NCBI RefSeq assembly: GCF_963921235.1
Contig: NC_086097.1
Coordinates: 92,382,001 to 92,446,000, forward strand
Reading direction: 5' to 3'
DNA length: 64,000 nucleotides
Source: Mobula hypostoma
Taxonomy: Eukaryota
How positions within the stretch are numbered: position 1 is the first letter of the stretch; every line of letters starts with the position of its first letter. Both the position numbers and the translations under genes were made by a program. Below are positions 11,753-22,204 of the stretch, piece after piece. The notes below the pieces were generated by a model that was not told the DNA's origin, did not search any database, and saw nothing but the letters and a program-made list of their open reading frames with translations.

Positions 11753-14700
11753 ACGGAGAATCTTCCTGGTTTTCCTCAGACAAACAGATTCTGGCGTTTT
11801 AATTTAACTTTGTTATCTGACAAGGATTTCTTAGTTTTTTGGAGAGACAAATTACTCTCTTTTTTGAAGAGAATGTGGTGGAGGAGACTTCCAGCCTTGT
11901 CATATGGGATGCCTTTAAAGCATATATTAGAGGACAAATCTTTTCTTATACTGCAAGTGTTAAGAAAAAAGTTAATAAAGAGAGAATTAATTTAGCCAAT
12001 CAGCTGAAACAATTAGATGAAGAATATGCTTTGACTTCAGATCCTGTTTTGTATAAAAGGTAGGTTGAATTTAAAACTACATATGATCTTTTATTAACAT
12101 ATCCTATTGAAACTCAACTCCTAAAGGATAAAAGTCAATTTTATATTTATGGGATTCATGGAATTAAAACTTCTAGTGCTAAACAACAGATTAAAGAAAT
12201 TTATAAAGCTAACGGTATTAGGACAACTGATCATTTAGAAATAAACTTTATAGTTCTCATTCTCTTAAAGATAATACTGTAATGGATCATTTTTAGACCA
12301 ATTGAATATCCCTACGCTTTCTGTTGAGAACAGAAAACAGTTGGATCAATGTATTTCTCATGAAGAAATAGCCGAGGCTATACGTTCACTGCATTCAAGG
12401 AAAGCTCCAGGTCCTGATGGATTTTGTGGAGAATTTTATAAAGCTTTTTCTTCTTTGCTTATACCTCATTTATGTTCAGTTTTTTCAGATTCTTTCAAGT
12501 CAGGTAGGTTGCCGCGATCTTTTAACGAAGCTTCTATTTCACTTATCCTTAAAAAAAAATAAGAACCCAACTGAATGTTCTTCATATAGACCAATTTCCT
12601 TACCTAATGTTGATGCTACAATCCTATCTAAAGTTCTGGCCTGTAGGATGGAAAATATCTTACCATCTATCATTTCAGACAATCAGACTGGTCTTATTAG
12701 AAATCGATATTCTCATTTTAATATTTGTCAGTATTTGTCAGTTATTAAATATTACCTATTCTCCTTCTAAGGAGATATTGGAGTGTGTGATATCCTTAGA
12801 CGCTGAGAAGGCTTTTGATCGGATTGAATGGCATTATTTACTTAAAATTTTAGAAAATTTTAATTTTGGGTCCAACTATATTCAATGGATTACATTACTG
12901 TACTTATCTCCTTTTGCTCAGGTTCTTAGTAATTCTCAGAATTCTAAACCATTTAAACTTCAACGTGAAACCAGACAAGGTTGCCCTTTGAGTCCTTTGC
13001 TTTTTGACCTGGCTTTAGAACATTTAGCTATTGCTTTTCGAGAACCTAATGATATCACTGGTATTTTATGGAAGGGTACTATCCACAAAGTTTCACTTTA
13101 TGTGGATGATTTATTGCTTTACATTTCTAATGTCGAAACTTCGTTACCTTCTGTGCTTTCTTTACTCTCTTGTTTTAGTCAGTTTTCTGGATATAAACCG
13201 AACCTACACAAGAGTGAACTTTTTCCTTTGAATATTTTGCCATTAACTGATATTAACCTTCCTTTTAAAATTGTAAGAAACCAATTCACTTATTTGGGTA
13301 TAACAATTTCTAAGAATTATAAATACTTATTTAAAGAAAAATGTCTTATTTTATTAAATTATATAAAAAGAACATTATCAAATTGGTCACCACTTTCATT
13401 ATCATTGATTGGTTGAATTAATTCTATTAAGATGAATGTTTTACCTAAATTTACATACCTCTTTCAGGCTTTACCCGCTTTTATTCCTAAATCCTTTTTT
13501 GACTCTCTGGACTCTATTATATCCTCCTATATATGGAAAAATAAATGTCCTTGATTGAATAAAGCCCATCTCCAGAAAGTTAAAAAGAATGGAGCTTTAC
13601 CAAATTTTAGGTTTTTATTACTGGGCAGCTAATATACAGAATCTCATGTTTTGGTTATACTATATTAATCATGAGGACTGTCCCGGGTGGGTTTCTTTAG
13701 AAGCTAACTCGGTTAATAAATTTTCTATAATCTCTCTTTTGGGATCTTCACTTCCTTTATCCTTGTAAGATAGCTGAAAATGTGGTAGTCAAAGATACTT
13801 TGAGGATCTGGATACAAATTAGAAAACACTTTGGTTTATTGAGATTCTCCCTTTCTAGTCCCATTTTTAAAATTATTTTTTAAACCTTCTATGACTGATG
13901 TAGTTTTTGAACAATGGGAAGGATTGGGCATTGCATGTTTCCAGGATCTGTTTGTTAGAGGAAGTCTTTCTCGTTTGAACTAAATATGGTTTACCAAAAA
14001 CCCATTTTTTCGGTACTTACAAATTAGAAATTTTCTGCTATCTCAATTATATACATTTCCTAACAGTCCTGATAAGAACGTATTAGATGAAATTCTTAAT
14101 ATGAAATCATTTTATAGTGGTTCAATATCCAATATTTATGATATGTTGTTGGAAATGAGAAATGATTCTTTAGACAAAATCAAAAATCTTTGGGAACAAG
14201 ATTTACAAACTTCAATTTCTGAAGAAACTTGGAATGAAATTTTAAAATTGGTTAATACTTCATCGTTATGTGCTCGTCATTCCCTCCTACAATTTAAAGT
14301 GGTTCATATGATCAAGAAAGTTACCTCATTTTTATATGGATATATCTCCCTCCTGTGATAGGTGTAACAATGGAGAAGCTTCATTTATTCATATGTTTTG
14401 GACATGTCCAAGTCTTGGAAAATATTGGTAGGAAGTATTCCAAACCTTTTCTCTACTCTTTAAAGTTAATTTTAAGCCTAATCCTTTGACTGCCCTATTT
14501 GGTATTGTTGGAAGGAAAGATATCATCTTGAAGACATCTGATCTGCACATTCTGGCTTTTATCTCTCTTATGGCTAGAAGGGCACTTTTGTTTAAAATGG
14601 AAGGATGCTGTTCCGTCTAATCATGCTCAGTGGTTACGGGATGTTATGCATGCCTAAATTTAGAAAAGATTCATTGTTCAATTTCTGAATCTAACCAAGA

Positions 14701-15045
14701 TTTTCAAAATTTGTGGGGGCCGTTTTAAAATTATTTTCATAATCTTTGACTTCTCGTTAAAGTACAGAAGTTGGTTAATAGCATATTTTATCATCTGATA
14801 AAAAAAATTTTTCCAAACAGTTTTGACTTTGGTAGTGGGTATAGATTTTTTTAATAAAATTGTTTATATTCTAATATACAAATTAATCTAATCTATATGA
14901 ATATAGAGTAAGGAGTTTGTTAATGTGATTCAATATACTGTATCTGGTATTATTATATTTTTTCTTTTGTTTTATAATATGTATTCTCTTGGACTCTGTA
15001 TTCTTCTATATAGAAATCAATAAAAATATTGAAAAAGAGAAAGAA

Positions 15046-15350
15046 AGAAATTACTACAGTTACCCATAGCCCTCTATTTTTGTAAGCTGTATGTACCTAT
15101 CCAAAAGTCTCTTAAAAGACCCTATCGTATCCAACCTCCACCACCGTTGCCGGCTGCCCATTCCACGCACTCACCACTCTCTGCGTAAAAAACTTACCCC
15201 TGACATCTCCTCTGTACCTACTTCCAAGCACCTTAAACCTGTGCCCTCTTGTGGCAGCCATTTCAGCCCTGGGAAAAAGCCTCTGACTATCCACACGATC
15301 AATGCCTCTCATCATCTTATACACCTCTATCAGGTCACCTCTCATCCTCC
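15046..15350 (-). mobile_element. CR1 3' region (right piece of the copy split by the L1)
   Basis: ORF 15112..15345 MRGDLIEVYKMMRGIDRVD...FFTQRVV. Confidence 0.9.
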
Positions 15351-15934
15351 GATAATAAACTTGACTTTGTATTCAATAAATGGAATTGTTCATAATTTTA
15401 CTGAATGGTACATTGTGCTGATGGGCTATGTCACCCAATCCTGATCCATTTCTGAACTTCGAGTGTTCTTTGTATTTAGAGAAGAAGCTGTGGGGTGTGG
15501 TGGATGACTTAGTGAAGTGGAGCCACATCAAGCTATGGTTTATTAACTTTCAATGGATTTTAATCAAAACCAAAAGCATTGGCTAACAAAATCACACTTG
15601 CAAAGTTGCTGCTGTAACGATTTAAACTTCAAGCCATCCAGACCTTTAGAACCTTTGCAAAACACAGGCTCACTGTTTTGTTGGAAGCTGTAACAAATGA
15701 TAGGCATGAAAAGTATTGTTTAAATCTCCTCCAATGCAAAATTACTTGAGACTAAGATTATTCAAGAATTCCTCTCTGCTATTGTAAATTCCAGTAATAT
15801 CCCATTTAAGTAACAAAGAATAAGTAATGCTTTTCACTAGTTCAGAGAGAGATATAGATATTGAACTCCTTTTGAGAGGTTGTCACTATTAGGGTAGATG
15901 AAACACAGAATCCAAATGCATTCACCAAGCTCCC

Positions 15935-16260
15935 ATGAGCAGTAGCTTCCCATGCAGATGAGGATGACCTATTTCCAAACCAGTTCCGTGGGTCTGAACC
16001 GCTGACTCTTCGATAGATAGGGCAGCAGATGGCCAATGGTGTAGGTGTGCAGAAAGTTGGTGAGGTGATGGGTCCTTCCTGCCACCTACACAAGGCTTTT
16101 GTGTGGTCTCCTTGATGCTTCTCCTCCTCTGAGCATTCATGCACTCGAGATTCCCAGGAAGCCAAGGAGATGTTGTATTTCTTCAAGGAGGCTTTGGACA
16201 CAATCTTGATCTTTGTTTTCCTCTGCACAGTGATACAGGTTGAGGATCTAGTGCACCGAT
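15935..16260 (-). mobile_element. RTE-clade LINE 3' fragment, degenerate
   Basis: KASLKKYNISLASWES resembles the RTE ORF C-terminus. Confidence 0.55.
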
Positions 16261-16639
16261 GTTGTTGAAAGATAAAAACTGGCCTGTGAACTACCCCACT
16301 TTTATTGTATTGATGTGGGACCATTCACATAATTCAGGATCTTCCCTTAACAGCTGAATGCCAACATCTCCAACAGTGCAGCACCCCCTCAACACTGCAG
16401 GATGAAGATCAGGTGAATTGTGGGTGCAGTGGGGAGATCTGGTGTAAGTTGTGAAAGCTGTGCTCTATCTCTTTAGTGGATCTTTGTAGACAGGGAAGAT
16501 AGCTGAAGAACATGGCCCTGCCAGAGGCAACAAGGTTCTGCTGATGTTCTGAAAGGGATCTAACAAACGTTCCTCCCTCTCATAAAGCCTGGCAGTCATC
16601 TGTAAGGTAACATGAGAAGAAATTTCCATCAGAGAAATT

Positions 16640-18088
16640 TCCTTGGGTTCCGGAGGATTGGAGGGTTGCAGATGTTGTTCTCTTATTCAAGAGAGGGAGT
16701 AGAGATAGCGCAGGAAATTATAGACCAGTGAGTCTTACTTCAGTGGTTGGTAAGTTGATGGAGAAGATCCTGTGAGTCAGGATTTATGAACATTTGAAGA
16801 TACATAATATGATTAGGAATAGTTAGCATGACTTTGTCAAAGGCAGGTCGTGACTTATGAGCGGGATTGAATTTTTTGAGGATGTGACTAAACACATTGA
16901 TGAAGGTAGAGGCGTAGATGTAGTATATATGGATTTCAGCAAGGCATTTGATAAGGTACCCCATGCAAGGCTTATTGAGACGGTAAGGAGGCATGGGATC
17001 CAAGGGGACATTGCTTTGTAGATCCAGAACTGGCCCACAGAAGGCAAAGAGTGGTTGTAGATGGGTTATATTCTGCATGGAGGTCGGGTGACCAGTGGTA
17101 TGCCTCGGGGATCTGTTCTGGGACACCTACTCTTTGTGATTTTTATAAATGACCTGGATGAGGAAGTGGAGGAATGGGTTAGTAAATTTGCTGATGATAC
17201 AAAGGTTGGGAGTGTTATAGATAGTGTGGAGGGCTGTTAGAGGTTACAACAGGACATTGATAGGATGCAAAACTGGACTGAGAAGTGGCAGATGGAGTTC
17301 AACCCAGGTAAGTGTGAGGTGGTGCATTTTGGTAGGTCAAATATGATGGCAGAATATAGGATTAATGGTAAGACTCTTGGCAGTGTGGAGGATCAGAGTG
17401 ATCTTGGGGTCTGAGTCCATAGGACACTTAAAGCTGCTTCGCAGGTTGACTCTGTGGTTAAGAAGGCATATGGTGCGTTGGCCTTCATCAACCGTAGGAT
17501 CGAGTTTAAGAGCTGAGAAGTAATGTTACAGCTATATAGGAACCTGGTCAGACCCCACTTGGAGTACTGTGCTTATTTCTCGTCATCTCACTACAGGAAG
17601 GATGTGGAAACCATAGAAAGGATGCAGAGGAGATTCACAAGGATGTTGCCTGTATTGGGGAGCATACCTTATGAGGACAGGTTGAGAGAACTCGGCCTTT
17701 TCTCCTTGGAACGACAGAGAATGAGAGGTGGCCTGATAGAGGTGTATAAGATGATGAGAGGCATTGATCGTGTGGATAGTCAGAGGCTTTTTCCCAGAGC
17801 TGAAATGGCAAGCATGAGAGGGCATAGTTTTAAGGTGCTTGGAAGTAGGTACAGAGGAGATGTCAGAGTTAAGTTTTTTACGCAGAGTGGTGAGTGCATG
17901 AAATGAGCTGCCGGTGGTGGTGGTGGAGGCGGAAGTGATAGGGTAAGAGACTCCTGGATGGGTACATGGAGCTTAGAAAAATAGAGGGCTATGGGTAAGC
18001 CTAAGTAGTTCTAAGGTAAGGACAAGTTCAGCACAGCTTTGTGGGCTGAAGGGCCTGTATTGTGCTGTAGGTTTTCTATGTTTCTATG
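16640..18088 (+). mobile_element. CR1 LINE, 5'-truncated, frameshifted
   Basis: PEDWRVA, NYRPVSL, DFSKAFDKVPH, KFADDTK, VRPHLEYC motifs; (TTTCTATG)2 tail. Confidence 0.92.
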
Positions 18089-18106
18089 ACTTCACAGGGA
18101 TTACAA

Positions 18107-18398
18107 GGGGTGCCATGGTAGTGCAGTGGTTGGCACAACACTTTACCATACCAGCGACCTGGGTTCAATTCCTGCTTCTGTCTGTATGTAGTTTGTATGG
18201 TCTCTCCATGACCACGTGGGTTTCCTCTGGGTGCTCCTGTTTCCTCACACATATTTAATAACTGACAAATGTACTGGTTGGTAGGTCATTGTAAATTGTC
18301 CTGTGGTTAAGCTAGGGTTAAATCGGGGGTTGCTGGGTAGCGTGGCTCGCAGGACCAGAGGGTCCTGTTCCATGCTGCATCTCAATAAGTAAATAAAA
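18107..18398 (+). mobile_element. tRNA-derived SINE (HE1/V-SINE-like)
   Basis: A box tggtagtgcagtgg; B box ggttcaattcc (18162-18172); core gtgggtttcctctgggtgctcc; A-rich end. Confidence 0.75.
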
Positions 18399-18921
18399 GT
18401 CATATCGATCCTTTGTACCCTAAATACTCCCCAAATCCCAATGATGTCCTATGAATATTTATGCAGTGTAGTAAACACTTTATAATAGCTAAATACCTAA
18501 AAGAAAATGATATTAGCTGTCATTCTACAGTGTAACCATGTAAACAAAAACCATTCTCTATGAGAGCAGAACAAAAGAGGGAGCCACAATATAAGTGGTC
18601 TGAAAAATAATCACCATCTATCTAATGACAATGATTGTTTCCTTAATGGGCACAGATAGATCTGTTAGAAGAATTTTAAGACGGGGCCTGGGGCTGACCA
18701 GGTGAGTACATGAATAGTGACGTAGTAAACAATGAGTAGTGAGTGTAAGCAAAAACATGACTGAGAGTATGTAATTCCCTTTCAGTTCAGTTCAACCAAA
18801 CTGGGTTTGACGTGTAGTCTAAGCTTGTAACAATACCCTCACAGGAAAGAATTTCCAGCTGTTCTGGAAATGAAATTGTCCAAAGCAACAAAATGATAAA
18901 AGTGACTAAATTAAGATATTA

Positions 18922-19140
18922 GATGCAACACACATAAAAGTTGCTGGCGATTAGGAAGAGGTGCAGTCGACGTTTTAGGCCGAGACCCTTCGTCAGTCCT
19001 GACTTAGTCCTGACGAAGGGTCTCGGCCTGAAACGTCGACTATACCTCTTCCTAGAGATGCTGCCTGGCCTGCTGCGTTCACCAGCAACTTTTATGTGTG
19101 TTGCTTGAATTTCCAGCATCTGCAGAATTCCTGTTGTTTA
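18922..19140. mobile_element. Fold-back (inverted) Penelope terminal-repeat mini-element
   Basis: Right arm nearly identical to 11616-11751; left arm is its reverse complement; TTAAGATATTA duplicated at 18911-18921 and 19138-19148. Confidence 0.85.
19005..19042 (+). ncRNA. Minimal hammerhead ribozyme motif, intact core
   Basis: TAGTC-CTGACGA-AGG(gtctcgg)CCT-GAAA-C-GTC-GACTA. Confidence 0.8.
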
Positions 19141-20230
19141 AGATATTACATACTGTAATTGCCTTAGCTGTGCAGCTCTGCAGGTCAGTCTGATTTGATT
19201 TCTACTTTAACCTAATGCACCAGTTTTGAATTGTAGGGAACCCATGCTGGGGACCCGCGAGTCAGGCGTCAACAGTAGGATCTGGGGGAGAGGCAGTGGT
19301 GTTAGACTGTGTCTTCGGTGAGGGACTGGAACATAATGCAGTAGCTAAAACTGGTGATGATGTGCGCGAGATAGCAGAAATCACAAGTGATTAATAAATC
19401 AAAGGACGAAGAAGCTATCTGGAAAATTGAATGCAATATAATAAAGAAATTACTGTATATCAATATTGTGGGCTAGAGCTGGCATCTCATCATGAATTAC
19501 AAAGCAGATAGGTACAAATGGAATACTAAATCAAAGAGCAGATTCTGAAAACCTACTGACACTTTTCCCTTCTCCCTCTGCAGGTCAAGAGACACCGTTT
19601 AAGAAGTGCTTAAGAGTGAATGACGAAATGCTGGCTAATGTGTATGTTCATTATGAGTTTACGTCATTCTTTGAAATGGATTTCAGAGGAAATAGTCAAT
19701 TCCGATGCCTTGTTGAGATGGGATTGGGCCACTTGTTTTGAGGAGGAGGCAAATGATTGTGAAGCTCCTTTATAATCAACCATTTAGGTTAAAGACCTCT
19801 GTATTTCATTTACACTTCTTCATTTTTCTTTGAGCCACGCATATGCAGAGGCCTTTTAGTCAGACTTTTCAAATCTCATCTAGTGCTGAGGCACAGGACT
19901 GGGGGAATGCTACACTATGATTGGGCACCAGGCCTTGTCACCACTCTCAGCTTTGACAAAGTGCTTTCGTCTTTGCCAATACTAATCATCCAACCAGCAT
20001 CACAACAGACAGGTTTACATTCACGGTGTTTACGGGTTGGAACTGGCAATGTGTCCAACAGTGTAACAGTTCTGGAGGTCAGAAGTTCTTCAAGTGCAAT
20101 CGGATACCCTGAGGTTGAGAAAGAGACGCTGTAAACATCGGTCTTTAATGGAGCTGCTTCTTTGGATTTCAGGAAGTCGAGCTGACATCCTGAGTTACTG
20201 CTGAGAATTCCTCCTTTGCAGACTGTAGAA

Positions 20231-20997
20231 AATTGAATTGACTTTATTATTTACATCCTTCACACATGAGGGGTGAAAACCTTTACGTTATATCTCTGTC
20301 CAAATGTGCAATGTGCAATTTATAGTAATTTGTAATAAATAGTATGTACAACAGGACAGTCAATATGGCATAGAAGTACCATTGTATCAACGTGATTTAA
20401 TCAGTCTGATGGCCTGGTGGAAGAAACTGTCCCGGAGCCTGTTGGTCCTGGCTTTTACGCTGCGGTACAGTTTCCCGGATGATAGCAGCTGGAACAGTTT
20501 GTGGTTTTTGGTTGGCTCGGGTCCCCAATTATCCTTCGGGCTATTTTTACACACCTGTCTTTGTAAATGTCCTGAATCATGGGAAGTTCACATCTACAGA
20601 TGCACTGGGCTATCCGCACCACTCTGTGCAAAGTACTGCAATTGAAGGAAGTACAGTTCCCATACCAGGAAGCGATGCAGCCAGTCAGGATGCTCTCAAT
20701 GTGCCCCTGTAGAAAGTTCTTAGGATCTGGGGGCCCATACCAAAATTCTTCAACCATCTGAGGTGAAAGAGGAGCTCTTGTGCCTTTTTCACCACACAAC
20801 CAGTATGTACGGACCACGTGAGATCCTCAGTGATGTGGATGCCGAGGAACTTAAAGCTGTTCACCCTCTCAACCTCAGATCCATTGATGTCAATAGGGTT
20901 AGCCTGTCTCCATTCCTCCTGTCATCCACAACCAGCTCCTTTGTTTTTGCAACATTGAGGGAGACCACTGTGTCAGGGTGATGACTTCTTCTCTGTA
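20231..20997 (-). mobile_element. Rex1/Babar-like LINE, 5'-truncated
   Basis: IESILTGCIASWYGNC motif in ORF 20455..20817; (AATTG)n-actttatt tail. Confidence 0.85.
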
Positions 20998-21449
20998 GCA
21001 GCCTGGTGAATTCCATGCCAGGTTTGAAGGTAAATAGGCAGAAATGGGGGCAAACACTTCTTCAGCTTTCTTCATGACATGCAGTGGACATCAGATTCAG
21101 ATTCAATTATCTATCACATGTACATTGAAGCATATAGTGAAATGTGTCATTAACAGTAATAACTAGCACAACCTAAGGACGTGCTGGGGGTAACCTGCAA
21201 GTGTCACCACACATTCCGGCGCTAACCTAGCGTGTCCAGATTTTCACAGAACAACAGCAATGATGTAACAGCAAAACATCCCATTTTACACAGATACACA
21301 CACCATACTCCTCCAACCCCAGGACAGGCTGTCTTTGGCCTCCAACTTCCAGTGGACCCCTTCTTTCCAAAGCTAAATGCAAACTGAACCAATAGTATAG
21401 CCAGCAGTAGGCAAGAAGCTGAGTGGAAGAACTACTGATGGTTGAGTAG

Positions 21450-22150
21450 GATAAGTTAAACCAGATCAGGACTTGCACAGTAAATGGTAGGGCCTGTGGA
21501 GGGGTACAGGGACATAGATCCCCGGAGATGGCATACATGGTAGACAGCATGGTGAAGAAGTCATAAAGACAAGACATTCTGCAGATGCTGGAAACCCAAA
21601 CCAGCACGCACAAAATGCTTGAGAAACTCAGCAGGTCAGGCAGCATCAATGGAAATGAAAGAGCGGTCAATGTGTTGAGCTGAGATCTCAGGACTGGATA
21701 TGAAGGGGGAAAACATGAGAATAAAAGGTAAAGAAGGCTTCTGAAAATCTGGCCTTCATCAATCCGGGCCTTTAAGTACAGATGGTATGTCATGTTTCAA
21801 CTGAGCAAGTCACTGGTGAGAGCAGACTTAGAATATTGTGCTCAGTTCTGGTCACCCAACTATAAGAAGGATGTTATTAAACTAGAAAAAGACACAGGCA
21901 AGACCCATGAAGATGCAAGTAGTACCAGAGGGTTTGAATTATCAGGAGAAGCTGGGTAGGCTGGGACTTTTTTCCTTGGAGGGCAGGAGACTGAGAGGTG
22001 ACCTTAGAGAGGTACAGTATGTTAAATCATGAGGGATGTCGATAAGGTAGATGGTCACAGTCCTGTTCCCAGGGAAGAAGAGTCAAAAACTAGGGGACAT
22101 AGATTTAAGGTGAGAGGGAGATGAGGGACAACTTTTTCATACACAGGGTG
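21450..22150 (+). mobile_element. CR1 fragment, degenerate; the 3' UTR appears to resume at about 26230-26303
   Basis: ctggtgagagcagacttagaatattgtg (LVRxxLEYC), agactgagaggtgacctt, tttttcatacacagggtggt. Confidence 0.7.
21566..21728 (-). mobile_element. Penelope terminal-repeat remnant
   Basis: attctgcagatgctggaaa...cagcaggtcaggcagcatc is the reverse complement of the 11665-11742 terminus; hammerhead core eroded. Confidence 0.7.
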
Positions 22151-22204
22151 GTTTATTATCACAGATATATGTCATGAAATGTGTTGTTTTGTTGCAGCAG
22201 TATA

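Larger units (their letters stand above)
8258..14750 (+). pseudogene. L1 ORF2 (APE endonuclease, reverse transcriptase, C-terminal Cys region) with stops, frameshifts and a nested insertion
   Basis: IIFLQETH, NVYAPN, GDFN, SDHAP (APE); KAPGPDGF, YRPISL, SLDAEKAFD, RQGCPLSPLLF, LYVDD (RT). Confidence 0.9.
5037..15045 (+). mobile_element. Full-length but inactivated L1-clade LINE carrying nested insertions
   Basis: TSD AGAAATTAC at 5028-5036 and 15046-15054; coiled-coil/RRM ORF1; APE-RT ORF2; ends aataaaaat...A-rich tail. Confidence 0.9.

Noticed and set aside
18107..18180. tRNA gene
   Set aside because: A and B boxes are present, but they run into a SINE core and tail, and no complete cloverleaf is evident.
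18964..18996. Active minus-strand hammerhead
   Set aside because: The catalytic GAAA is AAAA and the 5' strand of stem I is altered. The copy at 40806-40839 likewise has TAAA.
19915..20225. Open frame of about 100 codons on the minus strand (CKGGILSSNSGCQLDFLK...)
   Set aside because: No recognisable protein similarity. The apparent acceptor abuts a Rex1 tail, and open frames of this length occur by chance.
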